DNA from: a virus
Lineage: Duplodnaviria; Caudoviricetes
Virus record (IMG/VR): IMGVR_UViG_3300024251_000016
Coordinates: 1-43,437 of that record
DNA: 43,437 nucleotides
Reading direction: 5' to 3' (one strand)
The notes beneath the pieces are model-generated. The model worked only from the letters and a program-made list of their open reading frames with translations. It had not been told where the DNA came from and searched no databases. Made by a program: the position numbers and the translations under genes. Numbering within the stretch: position 1 is the stretch's first letter; every line of letters begins with the position of its first letter. Of this stretch, positions 17,291 to 27,304 are shown piece after piece.

Positions 17291-18322
17291 TCAAAGCTTC
17301 ATATAGTACGTGCCGAGTGAAAATGGCCCCATCGAGTTGTGCGCCGTCCCCGATCCTGCGTTTGCCACCGTGATGTTGGCGGTGCCGCTCGCGGTGGTGA
17401 CGGTGACCGTGCCGCCAGCGGTTTGGATGTTGGACACGTTGCCGCCGGCACCTGTGGCGGGATTGCTGTCGGGATGGTTGTAAGTGAAAGTATGAGCGTG
17501 CCCGGCATCCGTGGCGGTGTGATTGTGCGCGGCCAGCTCGGCGATGGTCAGGGCATGATTGGCCTCCCCGCCCGTCGCCTGTGGCGTCGTCACGCCATCG
17601 CCGCCGCCCGATGTGACGTTGGTTGCCGCGATGCGCCCCGCTGCGACGTTTCCCATGTCATCGAGGCCGACCGTCGTGCGGCCACGCCAATCGGGCAGGG
17701 TCAACGTCTTGTTGGCATTGAAATCGGCCAAGGCATTGGCGCCGCGGCCGGTGCTGACCGGACAATGTGCGTTCGTGCAATTCGTCCAGAGATAGACGAA
17801 TAGGGCCTGGGTGTCGGCATTGGCGCGCCCGGAGGCTCCCGAGACGGCGCTGCCGATCGTCTGAGCATTGAGCTTCACCCAGCCGGTGAGCGTTTCCGAG
17901 GTCGGACGGAACTTGACATCGCCGGTCGCCGCGACGCTGGTCGGGTCCACCGCGCCGCCACCACCGCCGCCGCCCGCGCTTGGGCCCACGACCTGCATGG
18001 TGGGATAGTCAAAGATCACCACGCCGCTCGCGTCGGTCAGGCGGACATGAACCTGCCCGTTGGCGAGGTAGAACATGGGGATACGGCCGGTGGAATCGGC
18101 TGCCAGCGGCCACGGGAGGGGAAGGGTAAGACCAAAATCCTGGAACGTATTTTGTGGTGTCGCCACAGTTCCGACTTGATAGACATAGAGCAATGCCCCG
18201 GCTAAGGGGATACCGTTGGCGTTGACCTGTTGCGTCAGGGCAACGGGGATCACGCCCTGGCCGAAGGCGAGGGACGACCATAGGAGCGTGATTGCGGCGA
18301 GGAGGGATCGCAACATGGACAT
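17291..18322 (-). CDS. Tail fibre with virion-anchor and collar domains, preceded by a signal peptide
   Basis: LLAAITLLWSSLAFG|Q; NGIPLAGALLYVYQVGT..ADSTGRIP anchor; LPDWRGR..GGEANHALTIAELAAHNH collar/tip; start 18322 or 18316. Confidence 0.8.
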   Translation of the reverse strand: MSMLRSLLAAITLLWSSLAFGQGVIPVALTQQVNANGIPLAGALLYVYQVGTVATPQNTFQDFGLTLPLPWPLAADSTGRIPMFYLANGQVHVRLTDASGVVIFDYPTMQVVGPSAGGGGGGGAVDPTSVAATGDVKFRPTSETLTGWVKLNAQTIGSAVSGASGRANADTQALFVYLWTNCTNAHCPVSTGRGANALADFNANKTLTLPDWRGRTTVGLDDMGNVAAGRIAATNVTSGGGDGVTTPQATGGEANHALTIAELAAHNHTATDAGHAHTFTYNHPDSNPATGAGGNVSNIQTAGGTVTVTTASGTANITVANAGSGTAHNSMGPFSLGTYYMKL

Positions 18323-18596
18323 TTCGGATGTCAACCTTGTTGATGCGTATAAGGTGCTGGTTCTTGTGCTTGGCTGGGGGCTGTTTCTGACGATTACGTT
18401 TCGGCTATGGGGCAACCGGCCGATCTCGCGCCGGATTTATCAGGCGTTCTTTTTCGTCCCCATGGTCCTAGCGTGGGTATTGCTCGGTTATCCGCTTGGG
18501 TTCCAACTTTTTGTTGTCGGTGGCGGGCTGTACTGGGCTTTGAAGCCTCTGGAGAAATTCCTGTTTGGAAAAACCGGGAATTCCCTCCATGTTTGA
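18315..18596 (+). CDS. Antisense membrane protein (sieA-like position)
   Basis: 93 aa, 2-3 TM segments; opposite strand after the gp16-like gene. Confidence 0.4.
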   Translation: MDISDVNLVDAYKVLVLVLGWGLFLTITFRLWGNRPISRRIYQAFFFVPMVLAWVLLGYPLGFQLFVVGGGLYWALKPLEKFLFGKTGNSLHV

Positions 18597-20384
18597 CATC
18601 ATGTTGCGAGTGGCGATCGTGAGCATCGCTGCGGTGCGCTGCGACGGAGCGCGATCGGCGGCCCGGAGCGCCTGTGTCCATCGCTCGATCGAGGCAGCAG
18701 TCGCCGGCCGCGCAAGAGCCTTGGCGAGCACATAACCGCCCCCGAGGCTTCCAAGAAGGCCCGCAAGGGGGCCGACATCGCCGCCGATGGCGTGCATGAC
18801 GGCGGGAGCCGCAGTGCCGAGGATCGCGCCCGTAGTGGCGGCCCGCCCCGTGTTGGACGTATTTCGGTACTGATCGCCGCCCTTGAGCGTCTTGCCGAGA
18901 TTGGCGATCGAATCCAGTTGCCTGCGATGGGCGGGGTCAGGGAACAGCACCGACTTGGCGGTATCGCCCATCTTGTCCCATCCGGTCGCGAACTTGTTGA
19001 GGCTGAATTCTCCAGTCGCCTGATTGTGGCCTATCTCGCGAAGCGCAGTTCCGGTGATCTGCTCGAAATCCTGCTTGGGCATCTGTGAGCGAAGTTGGGC
19101 CAGCAAGCGCGCGTTTCCGGTCTTGTCCTGCGCCGCATTGATGACGCTGCCGGCGAGCCGTTCATCGGATTGGAGATTGAGAAGCTTTTGCAGATTCCTG
19201 TTGTTTTCGATCAGGCCCGAGGCGGCCTTGTTTGCCTCATTGAGAACCAGAGATGCCTGATCGGGATGGACACCGGGCCGGGCGCTTTCCCGTGCCGCCT
19301 TGTGCATGTCCGCCGACATTGCCGCATAGATGCGCTTGAGGTCTCCCGCGCTATAGCCACCATGAGGGTCGGGGAAATCGATCTTTTCTCCGATTGCCGA
19401 TCGTGCACGCTGAATGCCGTTGAAGCCCGTCAACGGTTTGCCCGGCACGTCTTCGGCAATGTGAAATCCAGGCCCCTTGACGACGGTTTCGGTTGTAGCG
19501 GCCCCCGGTGATCCGCCTTCCTTGACAAGCCGGACAACGTCCTCAAGCCCAGCCGCCGGCTTCAGACCAGCCTTTTCACGTTCCTTCGCGATGGTGCGTA
19601 GGGCAGATGCGGTGTTCTTGAGTTCGACGCCTTTCTCTGGATCAATGACATTCTTGAGCGTGTCGTAGACATCATTGATCCGGCTTTTGTTGCTTTCGAT
19701 TGCTCCCTTGAGGGATGACCTCAGATTGGCTCCCGCGGTCGCGCGGTCAGGCGTTCCGCCGGCCAGGTCTTCCGCCATGCCTGTGACGGCCTCGCCCGCC
19801 TTGCCGACCGTGCCGGCGAGCCGTTCATCGATCTTGGCCCCAACGAGCGGAAGCTGCCGGGTGGCCTGAGTAAGCGCCTGAACCCCTCGGTTTTCTGAAA
19901 CAAGACCGGCCGGGAGGGGGGCGCCGAGTTCTGTCGCAGTGGTCGCCGCTTCAAGATTCGGTGTTGTGGCAGTCGCCGAACCAGATGGCCGGCGCATCAT
20001 ACCCGGCAAGGCCAGGTCGCCCGCTCGCACGGCCGGATTGATGGGCGTGGCGACGCTGGCAACGTCCATGGCGCGTTTGATGCCCTCGGGGCTTGTCGGG
20101 TCAAGGGTGCCTTCAAGCACGTCCCTTGGGGCCGTAACGGCGCTTTTGACGGCTCCAGCAATTTGCTTGCCGAGGCGCACGGGCCAGAATGATTCCGGGG
20201 TGATACCCTTCTGCTCCGGCGGCGGGCCGCCAGTCAGCCCCTCGGCGATCTTGCGGAGAGTTCCCTTTTCCTCTTTCGGGGATTCGGCAGGCTGTTCCCA
20301 ATTCATCTCCCATGGCTTGGCGCCTTCGGCCACAGCGGGGGCGGGCGGCGGTTCTGCCCAGTTCATTTCCCACGGCTGGGGCAT
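18468..20384 (-). CDS. Large DNA ejection/internal virion protein (gp16-like)
   Basis: Ala/Gly-rich helical, PWEMNW x2 at N-terminus, C-terminal hydrophobic segment; third in ejection cluster. Confidence 0.65.
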   Translation of the reverse strand: MPQPWEMNWAEPPPAPAVAEGAKPWEMNWEQPAESPKEEKGTLRKIAEGLTGGPPPEQKGITPESFWPVRLGKQIAGAVKSAVTAPRDVLEGTLDPTSPEGIKRAMDVASVATPINPAVRAGDLALPGMMRRPSGSATATTPNLEAATTATELGAPLPAGLVSENRGVQALTQATRQLPLVGAKIDERLAGTVGKAGEAVTGMAEDLAGGTPDRATAGANLRSSLKGAIESNKSRINDVYDTLKNVIDPEKGVELKNTASALRTIAKEREKAGLKPAAGLEDVVRLVKEGGSPGAATTETVVKGPGFHIAEDVPGKPLTGFNGIQRARSAIGEKIDFPDPHGGYSAGDLKRIYAAMSADMHKAARESARPGVHPDQASLVLNEANKAASGLIENNRNLQKLLNLQSDERLAGSVINAAQDKTGNARLLAQLRSQMPKQDFEQITGTALREIGHNQATGEFSLNKFATGWDKMGDTAKSVLFPDPAHRRQLDSIANLGKTLKGGDQYRNTSNTGRAATTGAILGTAAPAVMHAIGGDVGPLAGLLGSLGGGYVLAKALARPATAASIERWTQALRAADRAPSQRTAAMLTIATRNMMSNMEGIPGFSKQEFLQRLQSPVQPATDNKKLEPKRITEQYPR

Positions 20385-21910
20385 CAGGTACGCTCCGCCG
20401 GGATCACGGGTGCCCACGACTTGGAATCTTTCGGATTGCCCCCGAGGTATCGGTGTCCGTTATGAATTTCCCCGATCTGGGGAGGCGGCAAGCCAGCCGC
20501 AGCGGGCTTTTCCTGTCCGGTCAGAGCCTTGCCGGTGAACGGGCTTTTGATCGGGTGTTCCTTGTAGAATTTGTCCTCGATCTCGGTCCAGTTGTCGTGA
20601 TTCCTGTTGTTCATCGCCAGGCGACTAAGGGCGATGTCCTGTTCCTTTGCTTGGCGAAGCACGTTGATAAGAGCGAACGATCCTTCCTTGGAAGTCAGGA
20701 GGCCGGGATTGTTCGCCATGAAGGCGCGGAACTCGAGCTGCGACGGCCGGGCGGTCATTGCCTTGGCAGCCGCGGCCGCGAGCTGGGCGTTGAGCTTCTG
20801 CACCGCTTCGGATTCAGGAACGCCGTTGAAGATGCCGGGGAACAGATTGTTGGCTGCCTGCTTGACCTTCAGCCAAGCCTCGGCGCCCGGGCCGGTGGAG
20901 ATGTTCGCGCCGCCTTGCTTGAAGGCGTCTTCCATGACGTTGAGGGTGTTGAGCATCTGCCGGCCGGGGAGACCGCCGGCCTCGATTACTTCGCCGATGC
21001 GCTTGCCCTTGGCTGCCGCTACATCTTCCGAAAGCTTGGTTGATGCTTTGCCGGCCTGCACGATGGGATCACGGAATTCCTTCTGTGGCCCGGTCGGGCG
21101 GCCGGCCTCGCCGATTTCCTTGAGGATGTCATCGGCGGTTTTATCGTACGCCGCCGCCTTGTCCTCGCGCGCCTTGGATGGAATCCCAGCGATGGCCTCG
21201 CGGCGCGCACGGGTGCGCTCGCCCTCGGCAGCCTGCTTCAGGGCTTGCGCATAGGCGCGGGGATCGGCTCCCGGCGGTACCATGCCGCTCGCCCCGCTGG
21301 GGGCCTGTTGCGGCGCCCCAGTGCCCGCTTGTGTTGGCTCCGGCGAGCCGGGTTGCTGAAAGTCGGTTGATGTGCTCCCAACGTCATCCTGGCGGCGTCG
21401 CGGCTGAATCGTCGGCCCGGTCAGGTTTTGAGCTTGATCCCCTATCCGTCGCGGATTGACCGTATCTCCCTGCGGTTCCGAGCCGAGCCGGGGAGGCTCG
21501 CCCGCCTGAGCGTGCAGGATATTCGGGTCCATGTTCGTTTGACCATGGTAGCCCCTGCCGATCTGCGGCGGGCCCCCATAGGGCGATTGACCGCCGCCGG
21601 CACCCTGATCCTCGTTCAGGAATTGCTGTTTCCAGATGAACGGCAAAAGGTCTTTGGCATACTCCCCGCCGCCGCGTTTTAGAAGCTCCTGCGAGATCAA
21701 GCCTACATCTTGTGTCGGCTTGCCATCAGGCCCAAGGATGGGCTTCTGAAGCTCCTGAATGCGGCCCATCTGCCCGCGTTTGAACTTCTGCTCCACGCCC
21801 TGCTGGTAGGCATCCGGCAGGCTGGAGATCATGCCGAACAACTGCGCCGCCATGTTCGGCGGACCCAGACCTTCAGTCTGCGGATCGACGGAATATGGAT
21901 TGCCAGCCAT
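20384..21910 (-). CDS. DNA ejection protein (gp20-like)
   Basis: Gln/Gly/Pro-rich; C-terminal GEIHNGHRYLGGNPKDSKSW; position. Confidence 0.6.
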   Translation of the reverse strand: MAGNPYSVDPQTEGLGPPNMAAQLFGMISSLPDAYQQGVEQKFKRGQMGRIQELQKPILGPDGKPTQDVGLISQELLKRGGGEYAKDLLPFIWKQQFLNEDQGAGGGQSPYGGPPQIGRGYHGQTNMDPNILHAQAGEPPRLGSEPQGDTVNPRRIGDQAQNLTGPTIQPRRRQDDVGSTSTDFQQPGSPEPTQAGTGAPQQAPSGASGMVPPGADPRAYAQALKQAAEGERTRARREAIAGIPSKAREDKAAAYDKTADDILKEIGEAGRPTGPQKEFRDPIVQAGKASTKLSEDVAAAKGKRIGEVIEAGGLPGRQMLNTLNVMEDAFKQGGANISTGPGAEAWLKVKQAANNLFPGIFNGVPESEAVQKLNAQLAAAAAKAMTARPSQLEFRAFMANNPGLLTSKEGSFALINVLRQAKEQDIALSRLAMNNRNHDNWTEIEDKFYKEHPIKSPFTGKALTGQEKPAAAGLPPPQIGEIHNGHRYLGGNPKDSKSWAPVIPAERT

Positions 21911-22573
21911 TTATCTGCCGCCTGCAATCTTGGCCGCGTCGCTCGCAATGCCGAGGCCAGCCCCGATCGCGTTCGCCGAGGCGTTGTAGCCCGCCATGTC
22001 GCCAGCCGCCTGGGCCTTGCCGATCGAGGTATCCGCACCATAGAGCGCCTGGCCCTGGCCGGTGTAGTTGGCGTTCATCGCATTTCCGAGACCGGTATTG
22101 ACGCCCGCAATGCCGCTCGCCGCGTTGCCAGCAGCGCCGAGATAGGGCTGGAGGTTTTTGACGTAGTTGTCCCAGCTCGTGCCGGCGAGTCCTTGCGCGA
22201 ACTTGGTCAGGTCGATGTCTGTGTTGCCCGAGTTGAGCTGCCCCATGCGCGCGGCGTTAGCGAGCACGGCATCCATGCCCTGCCCGAGCTGGAATTGGTA
22301 GCCGGGGTTATTCAGGAAAGCCGCCAGCGCCGCTGCATTGCCTTCCGGGCCATTAGCTCCCATCGCGTTCCCGTAGGCCGTCTGCCCTGCGCCCGTGGCT
22401 GCATAGTTCCTGGTGAAGGGATCGAGCGCCGCCGCGTAGTCGGTCGTGAGCGCGCCCCGGCCCTGGCCGAAGGTCTTGTTGATATCGCCCTTGCCCTGCT
22501 GAATAGCGGCGACCTGATCGGCCGCTGCCTTCTCACCGGGGGCTGCGCTGAAGGCATCAAAGAGCGAGGCCAT
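21911..22573 (-). CDS. DNA transfer protein (gp7-like)
   Basis: NNPGYQFQLGQG...AARMGQLNSGNT...FAQGLA. Confidence 0.75.
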   Translation of the reverse strand: MASLFDAFSAAPGEKAAADQVAAIQQGKGDINKTFGQGRGALTTDYAAALDPFTRNYAATGAGQTAYGNAMGANGPEGNAAALAAFLNNPGYQFQLGQGMDAVLANAARMGQLNSGNTDIDLTKFAQGLAGTSWDNYVKNLQPYLGAAGNAASGIAGVNTGLGNAMNANYTGQGQALYGADTSIGKAQAAGDMAGYNASANAIGAGLGIASDAAKIAGGR

Positions 22574-22577
22574 GTCG

Positions 22578-22937
22578 TTACCTTCCGAGGAATGGCGTCA
22601 TCTGACTGGCATTCATGGGCATGGCGGTGCGCATGTCATTTCCGGGCATCTGTGTGTTTATCCCCCCTTGCAATACACCGCCTCCTGGACCTCCGGGCTG
22701 CACGTTCGGGGGAGCGCCGCCGCCCATGCCGCCCATGAGGTTCTGCACTCCTGGGCGCTGGCCGATCCGCTGCAAGAACTGCTGGAGCATGGCCGCGAAG
22801 TTCGGCTGCCCGCCGCCGCCTTGGGGCACGTTGCCCCAGTTCCCGAGCTGGAAGTTGGGAGAGCCTTGCGCCTGTTGAGGGCTGGGAGGCCCCTGCCCGT
22901 TGCCCATCTGCCCGGCGCCGAATTGATCGAATAGCAT
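22578..22937 (-). CDS. Low-complexity G/Q/P/M-rich protein
   Basis: GAGG RBS; fills gap in late operon. Confidence 0.55.
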   Translation of the reverse strand: MLFDQFGAGQMGNGQGPPSPQQAQGSPNFQLGNWGNVPQGGGGQPNFAAMLQQFLQRIGQRPGVQNLMGGMGGGAPPNVQPGGPGGGVLQGGINTQMPGNDMRTAMPMNASQMTPFLGR

Positions 22938-22940
22938 AGC

Positions 22941-23567
22941 TCACACCTCGATTGCGGACGTGTTGACCTGCGTCATGGTGGCGGTGCCGCCGGTAATGGT
23001 TCCAAGCACAAGATCAATCCAGGCTGCGGTTGATAGCGCCAAGCCGGTGACAAGTGCCTGAATGGCGAACGGAACCACCGTCGCGATGATCCCGTTCCCC
23101 GTGAAGCTCTGCTGCCCGCCGGATTGCGCCCCGGTGAGTGCCGCGCCGTTGGCTGGCGCGGCTCCCGTTCCCGTGCGGATGTGCCAGAAGGCACCGTCAC
23201 CCGACACCGATTGCACTACAGCACCGCTAATCATGATGAGAACGCGGCCGGTCTTCGCAGGGGTAATGATGTTGCTTGCCGATAGGTTGGAGAGACCGAG
23301 CATTCGGCCGCCGGTATTTGCTATGCCGGTGGGGGAAGCGACCAGCGCGCCAGCGACCTGGGGCGAGAATGTCTGAAGCGCAGCGACCTGGGTATTGAGT
23401 GTACCGACCTGGGTATTGAGCGTCGCGACCTGTGGCGTGAGCAGATCGAGCGCCCGGATATCCGCATCGACCGAGAGAAGATACTGCCGCCAGGCAAGCT
23501 CCGGAGTTCCTTCCGGCACCTTCACCCATCGAGAGGTCAGGGGCGGAAGCGGGGTGACAAGGGCCAT
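22941..23567 (-). CDS. Tail needle-like protein (gp26-like)
   Basis: Heptads QVATLNT-QVGTLNT-QVAALQT (21-bp tandem ~23384-23431) followed by a beta-rich knob. Confidence 0.5.
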   Translation of the reverse strand: MALVTPLPPLTSRWVKVPEGTPELAWRQYLLSVDADIRALDLLTPQVATLNTQVGTLNTQVAALQTFSPQVAGALVASPTGIANTGGRMLGLSNLSASNIITPAKTGRVLIMISGAVVQSVSGDGAFWHIRTGTGAAPANGAALTGAQSGGQQSFTGNGIIATVVPFAIQALVTGLALSTAAWIDLVLGTITGGTATMTQVNTSAIEV

Positions 23568-24742
23568 CAGTCGCCCTTGTCCTGGTAGTGATAGGCGTTC
23601 ATGGCAGGCAGTGCGCCGATGCCGGCAATGCCGTATTTCTTCAGGATGTCGATGAGCTTGTCATCGAAGACGACATAGTTGCGGGTGCCGTCGCCTTTGC
23701 CCCGCGACCCCTGATCCAGATACTTGATGCCGGGAATACCCCGCTCCCGCATCATCTCGCTCGCTTCCTTTTCTCGCGCGCCACCGCGCACTCGTGGACT
23801 CATTGCCTGCACAGCAAAACCGGCGGGAGCCTTCGTCGGGTCTTTGACCATTCCCCACAATTCGTCGGCGCGATCCTGATGAATGGCACCTAACGCGCGG
23901 TTGTAGGCCTCTTTCTTGGCGGCCTCGGCGAGTTCTGGAACCTTCTCCAAGATGTGCGGCTGCTCACTCAGCGGCTTGTCCCAGTCCAGGAAGTGCTCGG
24001 GATTGGCTTTGATGGCGACTTGGTACATGCGGCCGGGGAACTTGGTCTTTTCAATCAGATCAAGATGATCGTTGGTTGCTTTGTCTAATTTGCCCCTCAA
24101 CTTATTTATGGACTGTTCGTTTTTCCCTGCGAAACGCGCTTCCATGATCTGATTGTTGATATCCTTCATTCGTTGTTCTGACGCTGTTAGCTTTGCGCCA
24201 AGGTCCGGATCAAGATAAGCCGCGTCTGGAATTCTCGTCGCACTCAACGTGTCACGATATCCCTTAGCCACATTCTCATTCTCAGCAAAATACAGCCCAT
24301 GGCCGTAAGCCTGCGCGCCCTCTCCGGTCCCGATTTTGGATAGGTCGAAGCGCTCAAAATCGTGCGGCGAGCCATGATAGGCCTTGATGAAGTCGCCCAG
24401 TCCGCCCGTCGCACCTTTCGCGGCAGCGCCCTCTAGCACCTCGGCCCCCGCCTTCAACGCCTTCCCAGCCCCCGGCGGCCCTATCGGTGCAAGCCCCGCC
24501 GCGGCCCCTACGATGTCCGCCAGCGTGTCTTGGCTTGTACCCGTCATCAGCCGCCCGAGCTGCCCAAACGGCTCCACGGCGCTCCTGCCGACCTCCTTGA
24601 CGGCATATTGCGTGGATGGCATCTCGCCGACCGAGCGCTTGCCGGCCAGCGGGTCGATCATCTGCCGCAGCGGCCCCGCATAGCCGGGATCGGGCTGCGC
24701 GTTGCCGCCAAAGAAGCCGCGAAGTGCCTCGGCGTAATCCAC
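23567..24742 (-). CDS. ADP-ribosyltransferase-like (ART-PolyVal type) protein
   Basis: AYHGSPHDFERF..IGTGEGAQAYGHGLYFAE...GIPGIKY..NYVVFD. Confidence 0.65.
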   Translation of the reverse strand: MDYAEALRGFFGGNAQPDPGYAGPLRQMIDPLAGKRSVGEMPSTQYAVKEVGRSAVEPFGQLGRLMTGTSQDTLADIVGAAAGLAPIGPPGAGKALKAGAEVLEGAAAKGATGGLGDFIKAYHGSPHDFERFDLSKIGTGEGAQAYGHGLYFAENENVAKGYRDTLSATRIPDAAYLDPDLGAKLTASEQRMKDINNQIMEARFAGKNEQSINKLRGKLDKATNDHLDLIEKTKFPGRMYQVAIKANPEHFLDWDKPLSEQPHILEKVPELAEAAKKEAYNRALGAIHQDRADELWGMVKDPTKAPAGFAVQAMSPRVRGGAREKEASEMMRERGIPGIKYLDQGSRGKGDGTRNYVVFDDKLIDILKKYGIAGIGALPAMNAYHYQDKGD

Positions 24743-24743
24743 A

Positions 24744-26438
24744 TCAGTTCTCTGCCGGATTGTCGGACTGGGTTGCCGACATGAAAGGCGCGTTCACGGG
24801 ATCGGTGATATCGAGCCGCCAGCGCCGCCCCTGCGGGCCGCTCATGCCGGTGTGCTTAACGACTACGCGGGTCGTCTTGGATGACCCTTGAACGCCGAGA
24901 CTGCGCAATAAGGGATTTTTCCAGATCAATCCATCGTTGTCGCTCCAGCTTATAGCTACCATCGGGTTGATGACATTCGGCGGCGCAGTAACGTCGGTAG
25001 CAGTTCCCCCCGAGACATAAGCGTGAACAAAAACACTCCCCTGTAGCTCGATATGCGTCGCATCTATAACCGTCACCGGCCATGTTCCATTCGCCTCCGT
25101 TGTGCCCACGATTGCCGAGACAATAACGGTGTCGTTTGTGCTGACCTGTTGTGTGCTGTCAACGGTGAGCCTGACCACGCCGCCGGTTCCTGCCGCGGCA
25201 CCGCTCACGTTCATAATGATGGCGCGGGTCGCCTGTCCTGACCCTGTTGAGAAGTTGAAATCAGCCCGCGAGACCCGAATGCGGTTCGGGAAGTTCGCGA
25301 CTGGGGCCGATTCCAGCCGCATCAACATCGGCATTCCAAGCTCGGTGTAATTGGCGTCATCCACGAAGCAGAGCGTCCCGCCGTGGGTGTCGCCGAGAAG
25401 CCACTTTCCGAATGCCGGATGTCCGCCGACGCCACGCCAGCGTCCCTGTATCCCGGCATCGCTCAGGGACCACCGTTCGTTCCACTGCTGGGTGCCGATG
25501 TTGAATTCCCATGTCCATGCGGGAGATGACAGCACCCAGAATTTCTTGCCGGCGAACATATAGACCGAGGCTTCCAGCACGTTGCCGAGCTTGTGCTGGG
25601 CCTCGATCAGCCTGTCCAAGTCGGGCGGGCTGGTCTTGGTTGGTTGCAAGCTGCCATAGGGCAGGTTCCATACGCCGAAATCCTGAGCGACCCATGAAAG
25701 GTCATCGAAGCCTGTCACCATCCCCGCGATGGCGTTGGCCTGGAGAAGGCCGAAAGGAAGCACAACTTGACGGGCATAGGGAAATGCCGGAGCGACATTT
25801 GCTACGTCCTGCCAGACTTCGCAGTGTCCAGTGGTGAACAGAAACAGAAGACCAGAGAACGCTATTCCACGCAGTAGAACGACATCGGATCGGGACTGGG
25901 CTGTGATGAAGGTGAGCGCGTTTTGAGTGAGCGCATTGATGCCTGAAGCGAAACAGCGTCCATCCGCGATGGTGAAGAAGAAGTAGGAGTCCTGGAAGCA
26001 GACGCTATTTGGTTGCGGTAGATTACCTCCTCCGGTGTAAGCAACGGGCGCACCGCCTGTGGACAAAGTATATGCGCCATTGTCAATATCGACTCCAACG
26101 ACATCGGGGGTGACTGCTTGGTTTCTGGCAATGGACACCTTTTTCGTGCCGGGGAAGTTTCCTAGCAACGCTACCACGCCCGCGCTCGTCACGGTAGCCG
26201 CCTGATTGGCCCAGACCTCATAGGAGAGGTTGTTGACGATCAGCCCGCCGCGGTAGCCCGTCTGAGCGGTGACGGCGAACTGTGAGAGGCCGGGCTGCCG
26301 ATGGTAACCAGCCGGTGACGGGCCACCTGGGCCGAGGGGCTCCGAGCAGCAGTTTATCAGCCGCCCCGCTGATTCCTGCGGCGTGTTGCCGGGGAATGAG
26401 GACAACGGCCATGTGATATCGAACGGGCCACGCATCAA
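24744..26438 (-). CDS. Packaged-DNA stabilisation / tail hub protein (P22 gp10-like)
   Basis: 564 aa beta-rich; AISWSDNDG.WK.P..RSLG..G; follows gp4-like gene. Confidence 0.8.
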   Translation of the reverse strand: MMRGPFDITWPLSSFPGNTPQESAGRLINCCSEPLGPGGPSPAGYHRQPGLSQFAVTAQTGYRGGLIVNNLSYEVWANQAATVTSAGVVALLGNFPGTKKVSIARNQAVTPDVVGVDIDNGAYTLSTGGAPVAYTGGGNLPQPNSVCFQDSYFFFTIADGRCFASGINALTQNALTFITAQSRSDVVLLRGIAFSGLLFLFTTGHCEVWQDVANVAPAFPYARQVVLPFGLLQANAIAGMVTGFDDLSWVAQDFGVWNLPYGSLQPTKTSPPDLDRLIEAQHKLGNVLEASVYMFAGKKFWVLSSPAWTWEFNIGTQQWNERWSLSDAGIQGRWRGVGGHPAFGKWLLGDTHGGTLCFVDDANYTELGMPMLMRLESAPVANFPNRIRVSRADFNFSTGSGQATRAIIMNVSGAAAGTGGVVRLTVDSTQQVSTNDTVIVSAIVGTTEANGTWPVTVIDATHIELQGSVFVHAYVSGGTATDVTAPPNVINPMVAISWSDNDGLIWKNPLLRSLGVQGSSKTTRVVVKHTGMSGPQGRRWRLDITDPVNAPFMSATQSDNPAEN

Positions 26439-26818
26439 AAATACATTGCTCTGAGCGGCTCAAACGTCGCCCGGCCGCGGGTGATGGCCTTGATCGCCAT
26501 GGCGCCCGCCCCCGAGCCTGGCGGCACCCCGAGGCCCTTCTGCGTGAGCTTGGCGAAGTCGTCAGGGCTCGATCCGAACTTGGTGGCACAGTCGCCCGCC
26601 ACGATATCGGCCAGCGGCGAGAACAGCGCACCGGGGATATTGTTGGCGTCCGCGATGTAGCAGATGTCCAGGCCCGCTAGCATTCGGAAGATGGCGTCCA
26701 GCTTTTCCTGCACATATTGAACGTCCTCGACGTCGGGCACCTGCCCAGCGGCGAGCACGCCGAGGTTGGCAAGCGACTCGAGGACGAGATCGGTCTGCGT
26801 GCGGAATGCGCCGGGCAT
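26435..26818 (-). CDS. Head-tail connector (P22 gp4-like)
   Basis: TDLVLESLANLGVLAAGQVP..ED. Confidence 0.65.
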   Translation of the reverse strand: MPGAFRTQTDLVLESLANLGVLAAGQVPDVEDVQYVQEKLDAIFRMLAGLDICYIADANNIPGALFSPLADIVAGDCATKFGSSPDDFAKLTQKGLGVPPGSGAGAMAIKAITRGRATFEPLRAMYF

Positions 26819-27294
26819 CAGGCAGCCCGTTTCTTCAGTTCATGGTGCTTGGCCTCGAAGAACGGCTTCAGATAACTGATATCGTCCTCGCCAACGCCGC
26901 AGCGTTCGCGCAGGGATTCCTCGTCGGCCCAGCGCTGTTCGAGGTCTTCATGGTCCTCGGCGGCGGCAATCCATGCCTGCGCATGGCTGCGATACTCCTC
27001 CGGGGTCTTCGGATTTGGACGGCGGCCAGGTCGGCGCCGCTCAACGATGGGTTCGCCATCGACCCGGAAGCTGGGATTTCCCTTGGCGATCTGCGCCATG
27101 GCCATCCGCCGTTCAGTGGCTTTCGAGCGGACCTCGCCGGTCTTCTCGTCAACCCACTTGTCAACGATCGGCACCATGTAGGAATGCTTGACCGGATCGA
27201 GTTCGATCGGGACATTGGCGGGGAACTCGACGCCGTTCCAGATCATCACGGCGGGGTCTGTCGGCTCGCGCGGAATATAGGTAACCTGCGTCAT
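26818..27294 (-). CDS. Hypothetical late protein
   Basis: GGAGG RBS, 158 aa. Confidence 0.7.
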   Translation of the reverse strand: MTQVTYIPREPTDPAVMIWNGVEFPANVPIELDPVKHSYMVPIVDKWVDEKTGEVRSKATERRMAMAQIAKGNPSFRVDGEPIVERRRPGRRPNPKTPEEYRSHAQAWIAAAEDHEDLEQRWADEESLRERCGVGEDDISYLKPFFEAKHHELKKRAA

Positions 27295-27304
27295 GGGGCC
27301 TCCG

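Noticed and set aside
17291-17500. Diversity-generating retroelement or invertible tail-fibre cassette
   Set aside because: No reverse transcriptase, template/variable repeat pair or invertase seen
21710-22738. Long + strand ORFs over late genes (also 27293-28279, 35734-36564)
   Set aside because: Antisense shadows typical of high-GC coding DNA, with no motifs
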